A stretch of DNA of 64,000 nucleotides, from positions 72,165 to 136,164 of the forward strand of contig JBNMHO010000002.1 in NCBI GenBank assembly GCA_050872785.1, written 5' to 3'. Each line of letters begins with the position of its first letter. The first letter of the stretch is position 1. The notes beneath the pieces are model-generated. The model was not told the origin of the DNA. It did no database searches and was given only the letters and a program-made list of their open reading frames with translations. Of this stretch, positions 1 to 10,300 are shown in pieces. This DNA comes from Clostridia bacterium. GTDB lineage: Bacteria; Bacillota; Clostridia; Christensenellales; UBA1242. Both the position numbers and the translations under genes were made by a program.

Positions 1-726
1 AAATTGATTGACATGAGCGACCTTGCTTTTGTGGATATGGCGGGAACAGATGTCAGCCACAAGCACTACAACATTATTGACGGCATTGAACTTATGAAGA
101 AATATAAGAATAAATGCACAATATTTCCATGCCACCTAACAAGTCAAGCATATGACTATTCCGTTGGAAGAATAAACATTCCAAAAGAACTAACTATTGT
201 TGACTCCAACGACAAAGTGCCATTTGACTTTTGGACACTTCACAAAGACCCAGCACCTGTTGTGCAAATTGATTTTGACAAGTCAAGAAAAATGTTTGGT
301 CGTGTGGAAGGACAGATTGTTGACTTAGTTTTGTCTTCCACCGCTCACAAAGGCTCGGCATACAACACTCCAACATATTATTTTGATGTTTGCCCACGTG
401 GGTCATCACTTATCATAGGCAGAGTGTGCTACAGCGTCATTCCAAACGACATAAAAGGTCATGCGGGCAATGTGTATATGACGTTTGACAGAGATTACAA
501 TTTTAAATCGCTTGAATATGAATGTTGCCAACTCATAAAAAAAGTGGCACAATATCACGAAGCGACAAGACTTTATTTGACATGCGACCCAAGTGACTTC
601 GGCACAAGGACTGTGTTTGAAACTTTGGGCGTAAAACTGCAAGAAATAACAACTTCCACATATTATGACGACAAGGGTGAAAGACATGTGTCTGAAAACT
701 GCATTTGGCAATGGGAGTTTGAATAA
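1..726 (+). CDS. hypothetical protein, probably 5'-truncated by the window edge
   Basis: The frame is open from nt 1. The TTG at nt 4 is only the first possible start. The ORF ends 10 nt before typA. The C-terminal half (GRVCYSVIPNDIKGHAGNVYMTF...RLYLTCDPSDFGTRTVFETLGVKL) has a GNAT-like feel, but I see no diagnostic motif. Confidence 0.55.
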   Translation, partial: KLIDMSDLAFVDMAGTDVSHKHYNIIDGIELMKKYKNKCTIFPCHLTSQAYDYSVGRINIPKELTIVDSNDKVPFDFWTLHKDPAPVVQIDFDKSRKMFGRVEGQIVDLVLSSTAHKGSAYNTPTYYFDVCPRGSSLIIGRVCYSVIPNDIKGHAGNVYMTFDRDYNFKSLEYECCQLIKKVAQYHEATRLYLTCDPSDFGTRTVFETLGVKLQEITTSTYYDDKGERHVSENCIWQWEFE

Positions 727-735
727 GGAGAGATT

Positions 736-2565
736 ATGGAAAACACGAAAGTAAGAAATATAGCAATTATTGCACACGTTGACCACGGCAAAACAAGTTT
801 GGTCAATGAACTTTTAAAGCAAGGTGGTGCTTTTAGGCAAAATCAAGAAGTTGAAGACAGAATTATGGACTCCAACGCTCTTGAACGTGAACGTGGAATT
901 ACAATTTTGAGCAAAAATGCTTCATTTATGTATAAAGATGTGAAAGTTAACGTTGTGGACACCCCTGGACACGCTGACTTTGGCGGCGAAGTGGAAAGGG
1001 TGCTTAAAATGGTTGACGGTGCGTTGCTTGTTGTTGACGCATATGAAGGTCCAATGCCACAGACAAGATTTGTGCTTGAAAAGGCTTTGGAACTTAATTT
1101 AAAGATTATTATTGTCATAAACAAAATTGACAGAAAAGACAGCAGGCTTGACGAAGTGCCAGATGAAGTTTTGGAACTCCTTTTGGACCTTAACGCAAAC
1201 GATGAACAACTGGATAGCCCTATTGTTTATGCTTCTGCTCGTTTTGGAACTGCGACACTTGATAAAAACGTTCCTGGCAAGGATATGACACCACTTTTTG
1301 AAACAATTATCAATCACATTCCATGCCCAAGTGGCGATGAAAATTCGCCATTTGCAATGCTTGTAAGTTCAACTGAACAAAACGACTTTTTGGGCAAACT
1401 TGCAGTGGGGAAAATTGAAGCGGGGACACTTCACATCAATGACAGCCTTGTTGTCACAAACTTCCACGATAAAGAGAGAAATATTCCATTTAAGGTTCAA
1501 AGCATGTTTGAATTTGTGGGGCTTAAACGTCTTCCTGTTCAAGAGGCAAAAGTTGGGGATATTGTGTGTATCGCTGGGGCGGATAACATTACAGTTGGTG
1601 ACACTTTGAGCGACAAAGAAAACGTTAGGACGCTTGATTTTGTTAAAATCAGCGAGCCAAGCGTTGAAATGAGTTTTATGGTCAACAACAGCCCATTTGC
1701 TGGAAAAGAAGGCAAATATTGCACCTCAAGACAACTTAGAGATAGACTTATGAAGGAAGCAGTGAAAGACTTAAGCCTTCGAGTGTTTGACACGGACAGC
1801 GCAGATACATTCCGTGTGCTTGGACGTGGCGAAATGCACCTTTCAATTCTTATGGAAAATTTAAGACGTGACGGGTATGAATTCCAAGTAAGTATGCCAA
1901 AAGTTTTGTATAAAGAAATTGACGGCAAGAAATGTGAACCAATCGAAAGACTTGTTATTGACCTCCCAGACGACAAAACGGGTAACGTTATAAGCGTTCT
2001 TGGGGCAAGAAAAGGCGAACTTTTGGGCATGCACAGTCACAATGGCAGAACAAGACTTGAATATCTTATCCCAGCACGTGGACTTTTTGGATATAAGAGC
2101 CAATTTTTAACAGACACCAATGGCGAAGGCATTATGAGTAGTGTGTTTTATGACTATGAAGAATTTAAAGGCAACCTTTCAAGAAGAAATTATGGTATGC
2201 TTGTGGCTTATGAAACGGGCGAAGCAGTGCAATATGGGCTTTTCTATTCTCAACAACATGGAAAACTCTTTATAACACCTGGTGAAAAAGTCTATGGTGG
2301 CATGATTGTTGGAACGAACCCTCGTCTTGACGACATTGTTGTTAATGTTTGCAAAACAAAGCACTTAACAAACACACGTTCCAGTGCAAGCGATGACGCA
2401 TTGCGACTTGAACCAGTGCAAAAGCCAAGTTTGGAACAATATCTTGATATGCTTGACGAGGATGAACTTTTGGAAATTACTCCAAAAAGTATCCGCATGA
2501 GAAAGAAAACTCTTGACCACACAATTCGTGGCAGAGAAGATTTCAAAAAGAAAAATTCAAAATAA
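736..2565 (+). CDS. typA: translational GTPase TypA/BipA
   Basis: 609 aa. GTPase motifs are AHVDHGKT (G1), DTPGHADFGGEVER (G3) and NKIDR (G4), with TypA-type collinearity over the full length. A GGAGAG RBS lies just upstream of the ATG. Confidence 0.95.
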   Translation: MENTKVRNIAIIAHVDHGKTSLVNELLKQGGAFRQNQEVEDRIMDSNALERERGITILSKNASFMYKDVKVNVVDTPGHADFGGEVERVLKMVDGALLVVDAYEGPMPQTRFVLEKALELNLKIIIVINKIDRKDSRLDEVPDEVLELLLDLNANDEQLDSPIVYASARFGTATLDKNVPGKDMTPLFETIINHIPCPSGDENSPFAMLVSSTEQNDFLGKLAVGKIEAGTLHINDSLVVTNFHDKERNIPFKVQSMFEFVGLKRLPVQEAKVGDIVCIAGADNITVGDTLSDKENVRTLDFVKISEPSVEMSFMVNNSPFAGKEGKYCTSRQLRDRLMKEAVKDLSLRVFDTDSADTFRVLGRGEMHLSILMENLRRDGYEFQVSMPKVLYKEIDGKKCEPIERLVIDLPDDKTGNVISVLGARKGELLGMHSHNGRTRLEYLIPARGLFGYKSQFLTDTNGEGIMSSVFYDYEEFKGNLSRRNYGMLVAYETGEAVQYGLFYSQQHGKLFITPGEKVYGGMIVGTNPRLDDIVVNVCKTKHLTNTRSSASDDALRLEPVQKPSLEQYLDMLDEDELLEITPKSIRMRKKTLDHTIRGREDFKKKNSK

Positions 2566-2571
2566 ATTTTT

Positions 2572-2613
2572 ATCCACTTTGGACTGTAACTTGTCTGGAG
2601 TGGATTTTTTATT
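2572..2613 (+). terminator. intrinsic terminator after typA
   Basis: ATCCACTTTGGAC / GTCTGGAGTGGAT forms a 13-bp stem including G-U pairs, with an 8-nt loop, followed by TTTTTT. Confidence 0.7.
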
Positions 2614-2655
2614 TAAAAACACCTCTTTAGTGCATATTTTTGTGAAAATTGACCA

Positions 2656-2684
2656 TTGAAAAACATAATATACTGTGATATACT
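2656..2684 (+). promoter_or_regulatory. sigma-A type promoter candidate for the 2725-4085 gene pair
   Basis: TTGAAA (2656-2661), a 17-nt spacer, then the extended -10 TGaTATACT (2676-2684). Confidence 0.45.
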
Positions 2685-2724
2685 TTCCTTGAAATTAAAA
2701 GATTAACAAAAAAGGAGAGGGAAA

Positions 2725-3159
2725 ATGAGAATAACTTCTGATCAAAAAAATGAAATTTATGAAAAAGAGGCAAGAAAGAGAGAGGCAATAGTTAAACAAG
2801 CAAAAAACTGCAAATCTTTCTTTAATGGACTTATTGCTGGCTCTGTTTTAACAACTCCTGCTTTCTTGTATGCTTCAAAAATGGTGGAAAATAAAGCTGA
2901 TTGCCTTTTTTGTGCTGGGGCTATGGCTCTTATGGGACTTATTGGTGTTAGCGGAAGGCTTTATTCTGTTAAAAAGGCAGAAAAGGGAACAAAAGGTGTT
3001 GCCGAACTTTTGAAAGATTGGAAAGAAGACAAATACGAAGAATCTTCTGTCTGGGCAAACGTGTATAAATATCGTGACTATGAAGGAACTTATGTTGTGG
3101 GTGAACACGACCGCTTTGACCCATATGCCCATGTGGAAGAGCAAGAACAAACAAGATAG
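2725..3159 (+). CDS. hypothetical small membrane protein (two predicted TM helices)
   Basis: Strong RBS AAGGAGAGGG upstream of the ATG. Hydrophobic segments are LIAGSVLTTPAFLYA and LFCAGAMALMGLIGVSG. I recognise no family. Confidence 0.6.
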   Translation: MRITSDQKNEIYEKEARKREAIVKQAKNCKSFFNGLIAGSVLTTPAFLYASKMVENKADCLFCAGAMALMGLIGVSGRLYSVKKAEKGTKGVAELLKDWKEDKYEESSVWANVYKYRDYEGTYVVGEHDRFDPYAHVEEQEQTR

Positions 3160-3167
3160 GAGAAAAG

Positions 3168-4085
3168 ATGTTTAGAGATTACAAAGCAAAGTCGGGGCGA
3201 ACTTTTATGCTCAGTTCAAATCAATATGACTTTTTGGAAAAGGAAGGTCAGTTGGATGAACTTAAAGACTCTTTCTTTGCACAAGAAACTGTAGGTCGGC
3301 TTAAAAATGTTAAAAGAAGATTTAAGGCATTTATTTTTTATGCTGCGGCTGCGGCTGCTTCGCTGGGGATAAGTCTGGGTCAAGGAATTTCTGCAGACAT
3401 TGCAACAAAGGGCAGAACAAAGATATTTTTTGATAGCATAAAGACAGAAGAAAACACAAACGAGAACTTGGATAATGAATTTAGAAGCACACTTAAGAAG
3501 TTGAAATTTCTTGGAGTAAGGGAAAAGGATATTGAGCCAATGTTGCTTACGCTCCCAACTCAAGAACAGAGAATTTCTTACCTCAATAATTTGGTGGATA
3601 ATGCAAAGACTGTTTCTAGGGTTACACTTATTTCCTATGTCGCACTTTATGCAATGGCTGTGAGATGTTTAAAAAAATACAATCAAAGATTGAGAGAACT
3701 TAATGAAATAAAGTATGACTGGGCAATGGAAGATATACCAAATTCGATGCAAAAAGAGCATTTTGGATTTGGCAAGAATGATATTATGGAATATGGGAAA
3801 GTCAACTGGTGCGAAGACAACGGAATTAACCCTATGCATCAAAAATTTAATGTGGATTTTCAAATCATTGATGAGCAGATAAGGCCCATTGCTGTTAATA
3901 TTTTAAGTGACCATTTGGGAATTGAAATTGGAACGGAAGAAGATTATCATATTTTTTGTGAAGTGTATAATAAAGAAATTCAAAATATCATTGAGATGGT
4001 GACAAATCTTATTGTAAAACAACAACTTGAAGGTGATGGTGGTCCAATTACTATTAAGATTCAGAAAGATGAATTGGTAAAATAA
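3168..4085 (+). CDS. hypothetical membrane protein
   Basis: RBS AGGAGAA lies upstream of the ATG, 9 nt after the previous stop codon, so the two genes look co-transcribed. TM-like segments are AFIFYAAAAAASLGISLG and VTLISYVALYAMAV. I recognise no family. Confidence 0.6.
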   Translation: MFRDYKAKSGRTFMLSSNQYDFLEKEGQLDELKDSFFAQETVGRLKNVKRRFKAFIFYAAAAAASLGISLGQGISADIATKGRTKIFFDSIKTEENTNENLDNEFRSTLKKLKFLGVREKDIEPMLLTLPTQEQRISYLNNLVDNAKTVSRVTLISYVALYAMAVRCLKKYNQRLRELNEIKYDWAMEDIPNSMQKEHFGFGKNDIMEYGKVNWCEDNGINPMHQKFNVDFQIIDEQIRPIAVNILSDHLGIEIGTEEDYHIFCEVYNKEIQNIIEMVTNLIVKQQLEGDGGPITIKIQKDELVK

Positions 4086-4094
4086 AATATAAAA

Positions 4095-4130
4095 ATGACG
4101 AGTAAATTTGATTTGCTTGTCATTTTTGTT
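4095..4130 (+). terminator. intrinsic terminator
   Basis: ATGACGAG (4095-4102) pairs with CTTGTCAT (4116-4123, one G-U pair), followed by a T-run. Confidence 0.6.
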
Positions 4131-4157
4131 TGTTACATGGGCAAAATGTGATATAAT
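4130..4157 (+). promoter_or_regulatory. sigma-A type promoter candidate for eno
   Basis: TTGTTA (4130-4135), a 16-nt spacer, then the extended -10 TGaTATAAT (4149-4157). Confidence 0.4.
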
Positions 4158-4261
4158 ATTGTCGTTTTAAAAGTCCGCAAGAGGTGGTGAATTATCTATA
4201 AAAGTTGTCGCAAAATTGTGTTTTAAATATGCTTTTCTGTGAAATTTTTTAAAAAAGATAA

Positions 4262-5599
<1,338 letters not shown>

Positions 5600-5663
5600 T
5601 TGCTGAAATATGTATTATAAGCGGAAGATAGTAATTATCTTGGCTGAAAGAAATAAAACATAA

Positions 5664-5702
5664 AGACATTATCTGTATTGTAAAAGATAATGTCTCTTTT
5701 TA
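5664..5702 (+). terminator. intrinsic terminator after eno
   Basis: AGACATTATC (5664-5673) pairs with GATAATGTCT (5686-5695), followed by CTTTTTT. Confidence 0.8.
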
Positions 5703-6189
5703 TGCTGTAATTCTGTAAAAGTGGCTTGAAAACTGGTATGTAGCAAATATATTTTTGACATAAAAGCGACCATATGGTATTTGTTGATTTTTAGTTATAA
5801 TGCTGAGTTTGATAAGTCCGATTATTCGGTCGAAAAGCATATGTATAGATGAAACAATGTCTGCTTGTAGAGTGAAAAGTAATATGAAAATGTGCCGAAT
5901 GAACGGTCGAAAAGTGTTATTATTGCGTTTTTGTTAAATATGGATGAGAATGACTTAAAATATGTAAAGAATGAAATGAAAAGACTATAAATGCGGGGAA
6001 ACGATATAAATCTTATCATTGTGGTTCTTATATTAAAATTATACTTTTTATTTCTTCTTTATTTGTTTTAATTATTTATGATATTTTTAGGATAGTTAAA
6101 TTGTTTTCAAATTGATGTTAAATTAAACCTTTTATAATAATTTTTTGATGTCTTCTTTGTGATAAAATGTTGATAAAAAACAAAAAAAG

Positions 6190-6222
6190 TTATCCACAAA
6201 AATGAGGGGAAATTGTGGATAA
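6190..6222. promoter_or_regulatory. inverted pair of perfect DnaA-box consensus 9-mers
   Basis: TTATCCACA (6190-6198) and TGTGGATAA (6214-6222) are separated by 15 nt. They sit inside a 1.1-kb AT-rich non-coding region. Confidence 0.5.
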
Positions 6223-6341
6223 ATTTATGGGTAAAATCAAGAGAGAAAACCGGTGTAAAATATAGATAAAAAAAGTGCAAAAAACAGCAAAAAAAATATG
6301 GAAAAAATAAGTAAATTTTGGCGAAAATATGCGTATTTTGT

Positions 6342-6370
6342 TTGGTGATTTTTTGCATATATGATATAAT
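6342..6370 (+). promoter_or_regulatory. sigma-A type promoter candidate for the giant gene
   Basis: TTGGTG (6342-6347), a 17-nt spacer, then the extended -10 TGaTATAAT (6362-6370). It would give a leader of about 360 nt. Confidence 0.4.
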
Positions 6371-6736
6371 ACAATCGTTAGGAAATATCAGCATTTAGGC
6401 AATTATTATTTGACAAAAATACTAACAAAATTTCAAGTATTTTAACTTAATTTATTTCTTCAATTTTATCTTGAAATTCTCTTGCGTGAAGTGCTAAAAA
6501 ATATATTCAAAAATCTTATCTTTCTTGTGGCAAAAATCTATTCTCAAACGTTTGTGTTTCTGTTGATTTTTTCTTTATTGTTAGATTTTTGAAAATTGCA
6601 TGCAAATGGGCGATTATTTATGTTTTTTTGTTTTAAAAACTTATATTTTGCTTTGAGTTTGCCTACTTGCACTTTTGTGAGATAAAAAAAGAATATAAGA
6701 AATTTAATGAGTTAGAATACTAAGGAGGAAAGTTGA

Positions 6737-7365
6737 ATGGATAACTTTACGCCAAAGGGAAATGGACAAAATAATGTTCCTCAAAATGGGAATGTGAGAA
6801 ATGGGGCGCCTCAAAATGGTGACTCTCAGAATTTTGCACGCCCAAGTGTTCCTCAAGGGGGAGTGAATGGTAATATCCCTAGACAAGGAATGGGGATGAA
6901 TAATGTTTCTTCAAATGGAGTGCGACCTTCAAGCATGAATGGGCAAAATTCTTCCATGCAAAACGCTGTTAGGCAAAGTCCAAATGGGGTGACGCAAAAT
7001 AGACCTACTCCAAATGGAAATTTTGCAAATGGACAAAGAGTGAATGTTCCAAATGCTAATGGGCAAAATGTTACTCCTCAAAATTTTTCTCGCCCAAATG
7101 CTCATATGCAAAATGCAAATAGAACTTATCCAAATACACAAAACCAAAATGTGTCACGTGGACAGAATATAAATGGTGGGAATTTTGGTTCTCCTAATTT
7201 GAATACACAAAATCAAAACATGCCTCATGGACAAAATGCAAATGTTAATGGACAGACAAATGGACAAGGTTTAAATGGACAAAATTCAAATGTTCAAAAT
7301 ATAAATCCTGCTGGTGGAAGTGGCGGTGGAAATTCTGGAAATGGAAAAATTGCTGGTGGGGCTGG
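6737..7365 (+). other. N/Q/G/P-rich low-complexity N-terminal region (predicted cytoplasmic)
   Basis: About 205 aa are built from NGQN / PQN / NxQN-type degenerate repeats. The region ends in KKKFSKKFK immediately before the TM helix, which fits the positive-inside rule. Confidence 0.8.
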
Positions 7366-10300
7366 GAAGAAAAAGTTTTCCAAAAAGTTCAAAGGAATTC
7401 TTGTTGGTGTTATCTCGGCAATTATTATTGCAATTTCGGCGACTGTTGGAATTTTTGTTGCACCACATGGCGAGGGACAAAAGTGTAGAATAACTTTTGA
7501 AGATATGGGACCTTATGGTGCAAGAGATGCTGTTGAACTTAATGTTGGTGACAGATATGAAGCGCCAACGCTTGATGATATTTTGAGTGATGACGGGCAA
7601 GAAAATGTTTTGGTTAAGTTTAAGGGGTGGCTGAAATCTGACGGAACACCTTATGTTGCTGGAAATGTTAATGAAGATATTGTGTTGCATCCAGATTATG
7701 AATTGGGCGATGTGAAAGTAACCTTTGTGACGATAGATAGTTACAATGACACAAACTCTTACATATTCTTGGGTGAGATATTTACAAAATATTATGCAGA
7801 AAAAATTTCATTCGCTTCTTATCTTAACCTTTATCAAAGTTTAAAACTTTCTGACGGGGTTAGAGGAAATACTTACGCTGCGGAAACTGACTACATGAAA
7901 GAGTATGTGCTGGAAAGTGGTGTGAGCGGCGAAGCAAATTATTCGGCTAAAAATTATTCTGAATTTGCTGGAAAATTTTTGAATGTTAAAAATTTCTCTA
8001 TGGCTGGAAGTGATAACCTTTATTCGATAGAAGATGTTATCGACACGCCAAGCGGAAATAGAGTTGTTGTAGTAAATTTTGACGGAAAAGATGTTGAAAT
8101 AAAATATAATTCCAACTTGAAAAGTATTGAAAAACAATATACAAGTGGTGGAATTGCTGGTGAAACTTTTGAAAATGAAGAGACGGATAGAGTTTATAAG
8201 TTTGGGCAAGAAAATTATGTCCTTCCTTCTTATGCGGCTTTGAGGTCTGTTGACAGTTCAAAAGGTTTTGTGCTGAATAACCCACGTTATCACAGACTTG
8301 TGGGCTGGTCTTTCATTGCTCCAAAAATTATGACTGAAAGTGGTGAAATTGACAATCCTGACTTTGGAAAAGAGGGAACCTATTATAAGTTTAATGCTTC
8401 GGAACGTTTGAAACTTACAAGAGAGTTTTTGAAAGACGAAAATAGGCTTGAACTTTATGCTGTTTGGGACGAAGATGTAACTTCGCTTAATGTTTATTCC
8501 AACCCAAACCTCGCAAGCGTTGCAAGTATTTCAATGAATGCAACCCAAGGCAAGAGTGTTGGCGATTGGCTAGGTGACATTGTGTCAAGTCTTCAAAAGA
8601 GAGGAAGTGTGCTTGTCGGGTTTAATACAAGCCCAAGATATGACGGCAAAATTTTGAACCTTAACACATTCCTTGAAGGGGGATTAACAAGTCACGACAA
8701 CCCAGAAGAAACTAACCCATATTTGAGCGGCGTTGAAGTCAATCTTTATGCAGTTTATAGAAGGGTTGTTGAAAATACATATATAAAATTAAACGACCTT
8801 GACTTGAAAGTTTCTGGCGTGAATATTACGAAAGATAGTTTGAATATCAACTACAATTTGCAACAATCTGTGGGCGAAAGTTATGTTTACGACGCAAGCG
8901 GGGTTGAGGTGAGTTTTGACGAAGCGGAAAGAATGTTTGTTGTGAAAAACTTGATTGAAGGAACGACTTTCGACTTGCCAAACCTCTCAAGAAGCAACTA
9001 TTTGTTTGAAGGCTATAGAACAAAAAATAGACTTTATGCAATGGCTGAAACGTCAAGCAGTGTTCAAGTGAAAGTTCTTTTGGATGACATTCTATCTGAC
9101 GGGACTTTTGTCATAAACTCCAACTGGCGTGGCGTTGAAACAAGTTTTGCATTTGATTTGCAAAATGGACAAAAAGAAATCGTAACCGCGGTTTATGGAA
9201 CAAAACTTGTTGTGGATATAACAACTCAATCTGATGTGACTTCTGTTGTTGTTAGAAAATTTGTTGGGCTTGAACCAATTTTGACTTTTGAATTTGAAAA
9301 AGAAGGGTATAACTTCCTCGGGATGTCCAAAAATGCTGCTGGCGGGGAATATTTGGATGAAGTGCTTGGCGAATTTGTTTTGAATGACGAGTTCTTGAAT
9401 GTTCTTACAAGTGTTGACGGAATTAGGACTATTTTCGCTTGTTGGGAAATTAAGACTGTAACTGCAACATTCGTGTTGTCTGGCGGAACATTTGACAATG
9501 GCAGCGAAAGCGTGACTGGACGATATACACTCTCCACAACTTATGGTGGAAGTGTTGAACTTCCTAGCAAAGATTTAAGCAAATTTGTGCGGGAAGGATA
9601 TAATTTTGACGGCTGGTTCGATAATTCAAATTTAAGTGGCGAGGCTGTATGCGGATATGATGCGACTGACATTGTGCTTAAAAAAGATATAACTCTGTTT
9701 GCAAAATGGGTGGAAATTAAGTTTGCGACAATCTTTAGTGATTATAACAAAACAAAAAATGTGAAAATTGAAACGGATAGAAATGGCAACTTTGTTTTTG
9801 CGGGCAGTGAACTTGACGGCATGACATTTGTGGCAATAACTCAAACCCCAACTGGTGGAGAGAATATTGTCAAAGTGGGTGAAGTTGCGAGTGTTTCTTT
9901 GGGTGAAGAGTTTTACTGCGTTTGGAGAAAGGTTGTTTATCAAAATGGCGGAACTGCTGAAAACGGAGCAACGGGCGATGAAATTTCTGGCGGATATGTG
10001 ACTTATGGAGTTCCAATATCTCCAATTTCAAACGAATATACTTGCTCAAAATATTTCTACTTTGCTGGTTGGCAAATTGTAAATAAAAATGGAAGCATTG
10101 CAAGCGATTTTGTTCAACCTTCAACTGTGCTTGACGAAAGTTCAACGGGATATTCCATTTCAGACAGTTTGACGGCTGGCGGGGAAGCGAAGATTGTCCT
10201 TGTTGCAAACTGGCAAAGAAAAGATGTCAGAATTGAAATATATAGTGACGAAAATATGAGAGTTCTTGTTAAGTCAATAAAAGTTGATGTTAACAAGTTT

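Noticed and set aside
5822-6394. ORFs 5822..6019(-) and 6107..6394(-) in the long spacer upstream of the giant gene.
   Set aside because: They have no RBS. Their Phe/Ile/Tyr/Lys-rich composition is what AT-rich non-coding DNA yields. They are treated as non-coding.
5600-6736. The possibility that the AT-rich region with DnaA boxes is the chromosomal origin (oriC).
   Set aside because: It has only two boxes. There is no dnaA/dnaN/rpmH context, and I could point to no DUE-like 13-mer/27-mer AT cluster. A regulatory or DnaA-titration site is the more conservative reading.
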